NCBI RefSeq assembly: GCF_009914755.1
Contig: NC_060939.1
Strand: one strand, 5' to 3'
DNA length: 64,000 nt
Source of the DNA: the human T2T-CHM13v2.0 reference genome, Homo sapiens
Below the pieces are notes generated by a model that worked only from the letters and a program-made list of their open reading frames with translations, was not told the origin of the DNA and searched no databases. The position numbers and the translations under genes are program-made. Shown here one piece after another: positions 18,517 to 34,997 of the stretch. Numbering within the stretch: position 1 is the first letter of the stretch; every line of letters begins with the position of its first letter.

Positions 18517-18874
18517 TGTATTAGTCCATTCTCATGCTGCTATGAAGAAATACCCAAGACTGGGTAATTTATAAATAAAAGAGGTTTAAGTTGACTCACA
18601 GTTCTGCATGGCCGGGGAGGCCTCAGGAAACTTACAATTATGGCAGAAGACACCTCTTCACAGGGCAGCAGGAGAGAGAAGGAGAGCCGAGCAAAGGGGA
18701 AAGCCTGTAATAAAATCATCAGATCTGGTGAGAACTCACTTACTATCATGAGAACAGCATGGGAGAAACCACCCCCATGATTCAATTATCTCCACCTGGT
18801 CCCACCCTTGACATGTGGGGATTATTGCAATTCAAGGTGAGATTTGGATGGGGACACAGAACCAAGCCATATCA
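18517..18874. mobile_element. MSTA-type MaLR solo LTR
   Basis: tgtattagtccattctcatgctgctatgaagaaatacccaagactggg...ggggacacagaaccaagccatatca. Confidence 0.85.
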
Positions 18875-18914
18875 TATCCTTTATATTAGCATACTGTATC
18901 AAAGTATAATTTTC

Positions 18915-19735
<821 letters not shown>

Positions 19736-19861
19736 CCTATTGGGAAATAAAACTGTCATCTTTGGGAGTTATCTTTTCTACTGTACTGAAATCTGTAAGT
19801 TAACATATATACATATTCTCACATATATTCATAACATATTCTCTAGTATATTTCCCTACAT

Positions 19862-20045
19862 TAGTGGTTTTCAAACCATGGTCTCAAATTGGAAGCACCA
19901 GCGTCACCTGGGAACACAGACATGCAATGCTTAGGCCCCACCTCAGTCCTATTGAGTTAGAAACTCTGGTGTGGGGCCCAGCAGCCCATTTCACAAGCCT
20001 TGCAAGTGATTAGGATGCACTCTAATGTTTGAGAAACACTGCTCT
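19862..20045. mobile_element. MER5A-like
   Basis: tagtggttttcaaa...cagcgtcacctggga...agaaactctggtgtggggcccagca...tttgagaaacactgc. Confidence 0.65.
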
Positions 20046-20324
20046 AAATAGTCAATCTTTAATAGTAAAACAAGTATCTATGAAACAATGCTCAGTATGA
20101 CATTAAAAGGGCGCACCACCCACCTTTTAACTTTATTTCTGAATTTAAATATTTTGTCTGTCTAATGTTAAATTTGCTGTTTTGTTTTTCAAATACTCTT
20201 AAGATAAGACAGTTTTCATCTGTTCCTAATTTTCTTTTTAAATAAAAAATGGTCCCAAAACTATCCATTTTTCTCTTCTTTAACCTACTGACAGCATGAA
20301 ATAAAAGTTGAACCATTCCTACAT

Positions 20325-20905
20325 CTTTTTTTTTTTTTCTCACCTTGTTGCTCAAGTTGACTGAAATGCAGTGGTGCAATCTCGGCTCACTGCAACCCCC
20401 ACCTCCCGGGTTCAAGCGATTCTTGTGACTCAGTCTCCTGAGGCTGGGATTACAGGCACCCAGCACCATGCCCAGCTAATTTGTATTTATTTATTTATTT
20501 ACAGTAGAGACGGGTTTTGCCATGTTGGCCACACTGGTCTCCAACTCCTGACCTCAGGTGATCTGCCTGCCTCGGCCTCCCAAAGTGCTAGGATTACAGG
20601 CATGAGCCACCGCACCCAGCTTTTTTTCTTTTCCTTTTTTTGTTTTGAGATGGTCTCATTCTGTTGCTCAGGCTGGATGGAGTACAGTGGCGCCATCATG
20701 GCTCACTGCAGCCTCCACCTCCCATGCTCAAGAGATCCTCCCATCTCAGCCTCTTAGGTAGATGGGATGACACGTGTGCACCAGCACAAGCAGCTAATTT
20801 TTTGTAGAGACTGGGGTCTCCCTATGTTGCCCAAGCTGGTCTAGAACTCCTGGGCTCAAGCGATCCACTGGCCTTGGCCTCCCAAAGTGCTATGATTACA
20901 GGTCT
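20325..20905 (-). mobile_element. Two tandem antisense Alus
   Basis: Canonical reverse-complement Alu motifs. Confidence 0.9.
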
Positions 20906-21179
20906 TATGTTCTTAAAATTTTTCTTTGACATGGTATAGGATAGTCTAGTAACTTAACACACTGTTGCTTTCAAGAGGATAGTGCTTATGATTTGTAAAA
21001 TAACTCTTCAGAAATGAGTTCAATTTTACCATGAATTGGGACACTTTCTATTTCTATTCTATAGAGCAGTTTACTTGTCATGAGGTCTGTCTTTTGAAAA
21101 CTTGAAAGCCTGCAACAATAAAACCAGCTGCACCTGGTGCATGGGATAGGCATGGAATTGAGGAGAGAGCTCAAACTAT

Positions 21180-21490
21180 GGTCAGCCTTCTGTATCCTCG
21201 GGTTCTGGGTCCTTGGATTTAACCAACTGTGCATCAAAAATATTTGGAAAAAGTAAAACAATAAAAAAACACAAAAATTTAAAAATACTTTATATCAGCT
21301 ATTTACAAAGCATTTATGTTGTATTAGGTATTATAGCAATCTAGAGATGATTTAAAGTATACGGAAGGATGTGCATAGGTTATATGCAAATACTATGCCA
21401 CATTATATCAGGAACTTGAGCATCTGTGAATTTTGGTATCTCTGGGGTCCTGGAACCAGTATCTTGAGGTTACTAAGCGACGACTGTATT
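21180..21490. mobile_element. MER2 (Tigger-family DNA transposon)
   Basis: gtcagccttctgtatcc...aatctagagatgatttaaagtatacggaaggatgtgcataggttatatgcaaatactatgcc...gactgta. Confidence 0.8.
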
Positions 21491-22344
21491 CAATTTCTTC
21501 TTTGGTTATTAGTTTATTCTTTAATGTATTTTTGTTGTTGTTTTGTCTTTTTGTTTTTGCCTCTTCAAGTCAACGTCGGAAACTTAGTTGTTCTAGACTA
21601 CCCATTAGCTCAAAGCTACCAGTAATCAGACTACCACTGCAATCTAAGCAACCGATTTTTTTTTTACCCATCAGACTGGCAAAAATTAAGATAAGATCTA
21701 TTGATGTTGAAGCTGTGGGGAGTTTTCCTGAGCATGTTAATTATGACAGCCCTTTTTACTAGGCACCTAGACGATTCATCAAAATGAAATAAAATACCCA
21801 TGCACTTGAAGAAGTTACCTGGTTATTTCCTTATCTGGGTGCTGGTTATGTGAGGTCTACAGTTGATGAAAACTTATTAAGCTTTATATTTCTAATAGGT
21901 ACAATTTTCTGTATGTGTAATATATTTGAAAAGTTTTTAAAATGTTTTTTGCCACAGCCCGCAGCTGTGTATAATGCTATTCGCTTAACAGTGGAAAACA
22001 TGGCAATGACCTGAATCTCCCTGGCTCCCGGGATCCTACCCCCTTAAGTTAACGAAAATAAAAGTAAAAGAAATAACTTCCACTGTCTTTCGTAATGCCT
22101 TAAATCCGTCCTCAGTTAAACCGGCGGTTGGCGCTGGTTTTTTCCAGGGCAGGATTCTGGGAGACGGAGGAGCAGACGCCAGCATTTCGCCCCCGGCACC
22201 TCCAGCGGGCTGCGGTCCGCTCCCGGCCTCACTCGAGCAGGCCCCGCCCCGCCAGAGGCCGTTAGTCCAAGTCACGTGATCGTCGACTCAGCTGACCTGG
22301 CGGGACCGGAAAAAGAAATTCCCGGGCCCTGGCTTCCTCGCGCG

Positions 22345-25439
<3,095 letters not shown>

Positions 25440-26380
25440 GTAAGTATGAGGCCAGCCAGGGTCCGGGCTCATCCTAGAAGGTGCACGCAGCACACAAAGT
25501 GCGTGGAGAGTCCAGGGAGACAATTTAACCGCAGTCACATACCGAGCAGCCGCAGAGCCGGGACGTGGCCCTCGGTCTCCTGACCCCGCGCGCTCTGTGA
25601 TGTGTACGTACAGGATCAGACCTTGCCCTTTCCTCCTGGCTGACCCTTCCTTAGTCCCCCGTGCCCCATGTGTGAGCACCCAGCTCACTCTCATTCCTCC
25701 CTCTCCAAAGCGTGGTCCCTGGCAGCACGAGTGGCAGAAGGGACAGCAGAGACTGTGGACCCCTCAGCTGCACCTAAGACCTCTGTGTGGTCTAGCCGTG
25801 TGTGCTGGGGGAGGCTTTTGGCCACCATTTCCCCCTCTGTAAATGAGACCGATACCTGTGGCATGGAGGACAGGAGGCTGGTGTGAGTGCCAAGCACTTG
25901 GAGCAGGGCCCTGAGTGAGCATGGACATGGGAACAGGGGTGTTTCTCGACTTTGTGCACCTTGGGGATGGGAGTGGGGCTCCCTGCATGGGTTGACAAGG
26001 CATTGCTTTCCCCCACCCCACCTCTGTCCCAGCCCTGCAAGTCCAGTCCTTGGGGGTCTAGGAAGGAAGAAGCCCCTGGCTGTTTGGCCTCAGGCTGGTG
26101 CCTGGCCCTCTCTGGCTCTGAGTTCCTGGGAAAGTCAGCACCCAAGGCATGCCCTCAAGTTTAGCACCTTGACAAGAAGGGCGGGGACACTGGGATCAGG
26201 CCCAACTCTTTGGCCCCAAATCCCACGGCCCCAGCTGGAGGATGAGGAGACGCTGGGCTTGGATGGGGAAATCAGGGGTGTAAAGGGGCCTGCTCACCCC
26301 TCAGCTTGGCTCAAAGGCTCAAGGCGTCAAAGGCTCAGCCTGCCACTCAGGAAGGAGCCCTGGCCAAGCCAGACACTCAC

Positions 26381-27067
26381 CAGGACAAGGGCAACTGTGA
26401 TGAGCAGGAGGCCCAGGATGAGGAGAGCCATGGCATAGCTGGAGATAAAGGCATCCAGCAGGCTGGAGGCTTTGGGGCTAGGACTGCCTAGAGCAGAGCA
26501 AGAAGGCTATGGCCAGGCGGGGCTCTGCCTCTCAGACTTCTGAGAAGACAGAATCTGGGCCCAGAAGTTGCTGCGGGACCAGAGAGCTGGGGCTAGGAGC
26601 ACCTTAGAGGGCTCCATGAGGAGGGGAGGCAGGCTTCAGATCAGGGCATGTGGAGGCAGCGAGCCCAAGGGAGGAGGCAGAGGGACAGAGGGAGGCAGCC
26701 TGCAGAGGGAAGGAGGTACTGACCGAGGTCTAGGATGACCGTGTCTACCAAGACGCCCGCTGCCTCCCACAGGGTGTGCAGGCCCTGGCGTGCACAGTGC
26801 CACATGACGGCCTGGGCTGGCGCCACCCTGAAGAAGGTGGCACCCACTCTGGCGGTCAGTGGGTCCAGCCTGCTGAGAGGATTATCACAGACTTCAGGGG
26901 TCTGTGCAGCCTTGGGGGACTAGGGGAGGTCATCTCTTCCAGCCTCCTGTCCTCAACCCCAGAACCCCGGTATGAGCCCTGGGTCACCCAGGGCCACCCC
27001 GGACCCACTGGAATTCCTCCACCACCGCTTGGTCAAAGTTCTGCAGAGATCTGAGGACAAGGGTCAG
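26381..27067 (-). pseudogene. TRCG1-like SEA-domain + transmembrane gene relic (3' exons)
   Basis: Three phase-compatible, stop-free exons with AG/GT borders: 27067-27009 (LTLVLRSLQNFDQAVVEEF), 26869-26724 (QLDPLTARVGATFFRVAPAQAVMWHCARQGLHTLWEAAGVLVDTVILDL), 26487-26381 (GSPSPKASSLLDAFISSYAMALLILGLLLITVALVL). Resembles the recalled C-terminus of mouse Trcg1, which lies near Commd4 in mouse. Confidence 0.75.
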
Positions 27068-28619
27068 CTGGGGGGTCAGAAGAGGATGAAGAGGGTCACA
27101 GCTCTACCAAACAAAGCTTCATTCCTTGTGGCCCCTGGCCCACCCCTCTGCTGCCAACCTCAGGCTGGCCCAGCCCTGCAGAGTAGGTGCCCAAAGGCAT
27201 CGTAGCAGTTCCTGTCATGCTGGTCTCCCCCCGGGGCCCCCTCTGGAGCCTGGTACCACAGATCTCAGGGTAGGGGGTACAGCTCAGTCTCCCTTCCCTC
27301 TCATCCCCCTCATAGGGGCTTAGTCCACCAAGGCCCCTGAGTGCTAGGGGACCCACACCCACGGCCTCCTTCTTTCTGACTGCTGGCCCTTCCCCAGCCT
27401 GGATACTTGAGCCCTGGGCAGAGGGGTAACAATCCCAGGACTGTCTTCATAAGCAGAGAGGCCACTTGGCACCAGGCTCTTACTCCTTGGGCTGAGCTCA
27501 GCAGCAGGTGTGTCACCAAGGTCCCCTGGGCAGAAGGGGCTCAGCCCTGAGGGCCCATCACTCGCCATGCCTGCACGTTCCTGCTAGGCATCCACCCTGG
27601 GGACCCAGCTTTCCCCCTTCCCCCAGCTGCTGGCAGGCCTGTCTTGATTCATCCAGGGTCCTTCAGGCCATGCCGGGAAGCAGCCAGCAGCTGGGAGGAG
27701 CACTTGGGGTTTCTGCATCTTTTTTTATGGAGCTGACTTGGGTGGGAGGGGCTACAGACTCAAGGGAGACTGCAGGCCACCCCTTCCCCACTCCCTGGCT
27801 GGGTAGGCTTCCAGCTCAGGAGTCTGATTGGAAGGATGGGACCGTCCTGTCACAGAGGCAGGTCTGAGTAGTCCAGGCCCAGTTTTACCCTCCAGCAGGG
27901 CCCCTTTCATTCATTTGTCCAGCTGGCTTTGCCCAAAGCACAAGTAATGTCTATGTGTACTGTGTCCCCTGTCCCCAAGGGGAGTATGGCTCCAGTCCTG
28001 GCCTGGAACTCAGAGACCTTAGAATTAGAGGCCACATCTGGCAGGGTGGACCAGCATGGTCTGCCCACGGCCAGGGCAGGTACCATGTTGGCAGCCCCAG
28101 ACCTGACACCACGGCTCCCGTCTCCCCTCTCCACTTCCATCCTGCACATCACCTACACTACGCGCTGTCCCTGATGAATCCAAGCTGTCAGCTTCTGTCA
28201 GCTTGGCTGGGAAGTCATGCTGACCGTAAGGGGAATGGTGCAGCCTGAGTTGGGGGCTGAGTGGGAATGGGCCTGGTGTGGGGTGGGGGAGGTGGGGGTG
28301 AGGCGGGTGTCTGGCGCCTCTCTGCTTATCTTCCTTTCTCCTTTGTCCACAAAGGAGGCATCTTTTCCATGTCCCTCTGCCACCCTGGGGACATAAAATA
28401 CTGCCCCACTTCTGTCTTCCCTTGGACATAGCCCACCTATCTTCCTGTGGGACTCAGGGCTTTGTTTTGTCCTGTGGCCCACATGAGAAGCAATTATCCC
28501 TGCTCTGCTCAGCTGAGAGAGGACAAACTGAGGCAGAGCAGGGGAACAACTCTGTCATAGTCTGGCTGTTAATGGCAGAGTAAAGACCAGCCCTTCCCTG
28601 AGTGTCAGGTCCAGTAGAC

Positions 28620-29615
<996 letters not shown>

Positions 29616-29939
29616 AGAGGCCTCCCCCTCCCTCTCATCAGAATCTTCTGTCCTCAGTTCAGGTGCATGCTGGCCTCCATGCCTGGCTTCCTAGAAAGTC
29701 ATCTTGGCGCCAAGGGGTTGGGCAGGGCCACTAGGCTGAGGGTTGGAGCCCTATCTCTCCTAGTCCCAGCCTGGGTCTCCATCACTGGGTAACCCGTACT
29801 GCTCGCTGCATTCTCTCCACACCTGCTCCCTACAGCCCAGGGGTCAGTCTGGGTGCAGGCCTGGGTAGAGGTCCAGGAGCAGATTCTGCCCCCCAGCTCA
29901 TACTTCCTGTGCACCATGGCAGAAAATGCACCAGCATGG

Positions 29940-30314
<375 letters not shown>

Positions 30315-30849
30315 TCACCACTACACCTGTGTTCCTCCTGCATTCTCTGGCAGGCTTTGTGAGGAGACCTGTCACCTGCCTCTCTGGCTGCCCAAAGGCC
30401 CAGCTCAAACCTTCCCTGACCCTGAGAACCTTTTTCTGAAGAGTCTTTCCCCCACCCATAGGCCCCCTCATTTCAGAGCTTTTGGTGGGGTGAGTACAAG
30501 GATCGACTCTCTGCTACCAGCCTGGGTAGGGTCCCTAGGGTTGGGTCTCTGGATGGCATATGAGGGTCTAGACCAGGATCCAGATGCCTGTAACCTGAAG
30601 GGCAGGCCCTCAGCTGCCCCAACTTCATGGAGCCCCTCGTCCAGCCTGACCTTCTGGGATAGGCCCAGCCCCTGCATCCTTTGGTCTTGGTCCCTGCAGG
30701 GAACTCTGGTTACCCTGGCTTACCTACTTTGACTCCAAAAGTAATGCTGACATCCCCCGTGAGACACAGTGACAGACTGAGACTAACGTAGGGTTACGTG
30801 GCTCAGAGTCACCATGGCCAGGCAGAGCTCAGGTCCTAGCACTGTTCAG

Positions 30850-31068
30850 CCCTGCCTCCCGGGTTCAAGTGATTCTCCTGCCTCAGCCTCCCAAGTAGGT
30901 GGAACTACAGGTGCATGCCACCACACCCGGCTAATTTTTTGTAGTTTTAGTAGAGATGGGGTTTCACTGTGTTAGCCAGCGTGGTCTTGATCTCCTGACC
31001 TCGTGATCCGCCCACCTCAGGCTTTCAAAGTGTTGAGATTACAGGCCTGAGCCACTGCACCCAGCCTC
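30850..31068 (-). mobile_element. Truncated Alu
   Basis: ctgcctcccgggttcaagtgattctcctgcc...gagccactgcacccagcc. Confidence 0.9.
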
Positions 31069-31100
31069 CCTAACACTCTTCTAGCTCTGGTGCCCTGCAG

Positions 31101-34100
31101 GGTCTCCCTTGGAGCACCTGGAGCCCAAGAAGCTGTCCCTCACCTTTGCAATCCCAGGGACTCGCTCCCTGATCATGATGAAGGTGGACCCAAACCCGCT
31201 GAGGGGCCTGAAGGAGCAAAGGTCAGCCTCTGCCTCCCACGGCCTCTCTGATGGGGGGGATGTTATCCCAGCAGCATGAGCTGGGAGCAGAATTGGGAGG
31301 ATGGGGGGTTTTCTCTGTGGGTAGCTCTGGGCTCCAAGGTGGAGCCCTCTTAACCTGGCCGCTCCCCTGTGACTCTCCTTAGCCCCAGGCAAAGAAAGCA
31401 GCTTGCCGGAGGTCACCTGTCAGATAGGGAAAGAGTGGGACCTGGGTTCTTTCTCACCCAGCTGCAGCTCTCCCTTCCCCCAGCCCCTTCCCCCAGGTGA
31501 TAGAGAACCTGGCAGGCTGTGTCCCATAGAAGAGTTCACTTTCCTTCTGGTAAGGGATGGGAACCAGCTTGGGATGGGAGGGATGAGGGGTCTGGGGGCT
31601 CTCCCAGCCCTGCCTCACATTTGAAGGATGGCATCTGGGTGTCAGCATGGTTTAGGCTAGACGGGGCGGCCCCGAGGTTTATAGCCTGGCCTCGGGCAGG
31701 ATGCTGCCATGCCACCTTCTCTTCTGCACGTCCTGACCTGGCATCCTACCTAAAGGTCCTCAGGTCTCCTGCCCCCTGGGCATTGCCCCCACTCCCTGCC
31801 CAGACACAGCTGTCCTTGTCCTGGACTAATCTTCAGAGATTCTTGTCCAGCCCACAGCTTTGCTGGACATCGCAGGCTGGGCCAGGCCCCCTGCCCAGCA
31901 CTAACATCTCTGTGTGTCTCAACCAGACTGAGCTGCAGCTTCAGGGTCAGGGTAGGCTCTGACTTAATTGACGTGACCCAGGACAAGGGGATTTATTGAT
32001 GGTGTCACATATGCTTAAGCTCTTGGCCTCTATGATTTCTTTGGGGCATGATACCCCTCTGTCCCATGCTTAGGTGCCCACCTGTGGCCACAAGTACCTT
32101 TCTTACCACCATCCCTACTTGAGATCGGTGTCCAGGCACCTGTGGCTCCACGCAGAACGCTGAGCACAGAGCCAGGCCTGGGCGGATGTTCTGCAGGGGC
32201 TGCAGGAGCTGACAGTCCTGACCACCCAGCCCGTGGCCATCCATTCCCTTTCACCGTGGCTGGCTCTTCATCCACCATCCTTCCAGGGGCCAGGCCTGAA
32301 CCCAAACTGACTTTTACCTGCCCTGGTCCCCCTTGTGCCTATCAGGTTCTTGGCTGAGCATGATGTTCTTGCCCATTTCCTTGATTATCCTCAAAAGGTT
32401 TATAGAACCACTTGGGGACATCACATCTGTCTACCAGGTCCTCACCAGAGACATGACTGCCTTGGGCCGGGCCTGGGATAGTCAGGGGTCACACTCACCT
32501 GTTGGGACCTAGCTTCAGTGGCTTCAATCTGGGCAATGGCCTGATGGGCGGCTGCCCCTTCTCCTCTGCTTGGGGGAGGCAGGAGAGGAAGGTCAGGGAG
32601 GAGATCTGCTTCCTGCCCACCTGACACTGGTTGGAAGCAGGGCGCCCACCTGTGCCTGTCTCACCTTGCTGCAGGTGCATCGGAGGCCGAACCCCTCTCC
32701 CGATCTCCTGCAGGTGCAGATTCCAGGTTTCCAATGGGTGTCAGTGTGGGCTCCAGAGCTCTCCTGGTCCTAGGGAACCCTGGGCTCCATGAGGCCTTCG
32801 CCTAGCCAGATTGTTTCCCACACTGTCACCTCCCCACCCTGTCACCTCCCCAAACATGGGGCTGCATGCTCTGTGCCCTGGGTGGGACATTGGAAGGAGT
32901 GCCACCTTCCAGGTTTGGATCACAGTAAAGCCTCTGCCATGGGGATGTGCTGGCCGAGACAGATGGGGTTGAACCAGTCATGATATGTTGGCCTTGGGCA
33001 AGTCATCTGTGCCTTGCTTCCCTTTCCCCAGCAGCCAGAAGGGATAATAGCACCTATTTCACCCATACTCAAGTGTTCATTTGTTAGCAGGAACTGAGTC
33101 CCGGAGGAGGTGCAGGTGGAGCCATTGAGGCAGCACTGCAGCTGGACCTGGGTCTGAGTCCCAGCTCCTGGCTGTGATATGCATCACTCTCTCCATTTAT
33201 TTATCTGAAAGACAGGGCTGTGCTGTTCTGGGGTCACTGTGAGAATGCAACTGGCCTGTGTGAGTTGGTGGTGGCCTCCTGTGATAGCTTGAGGTGGGCT
33301 GGAGGTGTGTCTTGAATGCCCCCTCACCCCCATGGGGAAGACCCACTTAGGGAAGACTCAAGTGTCTGTATGGAGGAACCCACATTCCCTGCCCCTCAGC
33401 TGTCCTCTGTCCCTTCCTAGCCCCCTCTGCTGTCCTGCAGGCTCTGGCGGTGGCCATCCAGCTTGGTGGCCATCTGGCTGATCCACTCCTCCAGGTGGAC
33501 CCTCTGTCCTCATGTGGTGCAGGTCCCATTGTGCCACCTCCAGACAGGCCATGCTAGCCCCAGGGCCTCCGTTCCCTGTTACCCAGCCCCCACCCCCAGG
33601 TACGTGCCACCTCCCTAAAGCCCACTGTGTCCACCAGCTGTGTTTCAACTCTGTCTCTGAGCAAGGCCTAACGCAAAGCCTGAAACAGCCTGGCTTGTAG
33701 AGGGCCAGGAGACCAAAGCTTGAAGAGAGAGTGACGGTCTCCCAGAGCCCACTTAGCCTCAGCCCCAGGGCTGTGTCCATGCTGTTCCTGGCTCCAGTGA
33801 GCCAATTCTCTCCCCTGACGCCTGTAAGGGCTCCAGTGGTGATGGAGGTAGCTGGAGAGAACAAGGCTGTCTTAACCCTCCCTCCCTGAGAAGGCCCAAC
33901 GGGGAACGTTTTAGGCATCAGGGCATTCTGGGGGGCATCTTCCAGGGACCCCTCCTATACCCTGCCCTGCCCTGGCTCTCTAGTGAGAAATTGCAGTTGC
34001 TTGGACAGTGGGGCTGACCCAGGACAAATGCATATATTGGGCTGGTCTTCAGGGTGCTGGGGTAGGGGCAGGGGCACTTCAGGGATAGGAAGGAGGGGCC

Positions 34101-34213
34101 TGTGTGTTCCAGAAGTACAGAGGAACCTGGTGCCGGCCGCCGTCAACCCCTATGTGATGATCTTTCTACCCGCCCTCTTTCGTGTCTTGGTGCTGGCTGC
34201 TGTCTTTGGCCAG
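31101..34213 (+). pseudogene. Second SEA-domain + transmembrane gene relic (TRCG1-like paralog)
   Basis: Exon-like blocks: 31101-31221 (GSPLEHLEPKKLSLTFAIP...), 32675-32733 (VHRRPNPSPDLLQVQIPGF; donor gtgggt>atgggt), 33351-33522 (EDSSVCMEEPTFP / frameshift / PSAVLQALAVAIQLGGHLADPLLQVDPLSS), 34113-34213 (EVQRNLVPAAVNPYVMIFLPALFRVLVLAAVFGQ|gtaag). The last three match the phases of the minus-strand relic. Confidence 0.6.
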
Positions 34214-34721
34214 GTAAGCTCATGGTCTGGGCTCCTGGGGTCCACTCACTGGGCCTCCACACTGCCTGCAGGTAGGGGAGCCTTTGGGCCAGGACTATCC
34301 TTGGCTCCCCTTCCAGGTGGTGGGTTCAAAGACCATTCCTGGGTTCCACCACCGCCAAGCCTCAATGGTGTCTCGATGGTCACAGGAACTGCTGGGGCTT
34401 TCTAGGTTAAGACCCTTGCCTATCCCGGTGTTCCTCCCTGCAGTAGGGGGCTGCAGGGGTCAGCCTCAGTCTCTGCCTTGGGAGCCTGCCTTACCTTGCC
34501 TGAACTCAAGCGATCTGCCTGCCTTGGACTCCCAAAGTGCTGCAATTATAGGCGTGAGCCACTGCACCCAGCCCAGCCTTGACTTTGAAATATATGTTGT
34601 ACATCCAGACAGCAGTGAACTCTGGGGGAACACCAAAGATGAGGAGAATGAGAGAAGAGATACCTCCAATTAAAGGAGTTAGGAAGAGATGCTTGAACTT
34701 ATGTTTTAAAAAGTCAATGCA

Positions 34722-34997
34722 GGTTGGGCACAGTGGCTCGCACCTGTACACACAGCACCTTGGGAGGCTGAAGTGGGTGAACGGCTGGAGCCTAGAAGTC
34801 TGAGACCACCCTGGGCAACATGGCAAAACCCCGTCTGTACACAAAATACAATAATTAGCCAGGCACGGTGGTGCCTGTGGTCCCAGCTACTCGGGAGGCT
34901 GAGGTGGGAGGTCGAGGCTGCAGTGAGCTGAGATCCACCACTCCACTGCAGCCTGGGCGACAGAGTGACACCCTGTCTTAAAAAAAAAAAAAAAAGT
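34722..34997 (+). mobile_element. Alu (plus an antisense Alu fragment at ~34500-34575)
   Basis: Canonical Alu motifs and poly-A. Confidence 0.9.
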
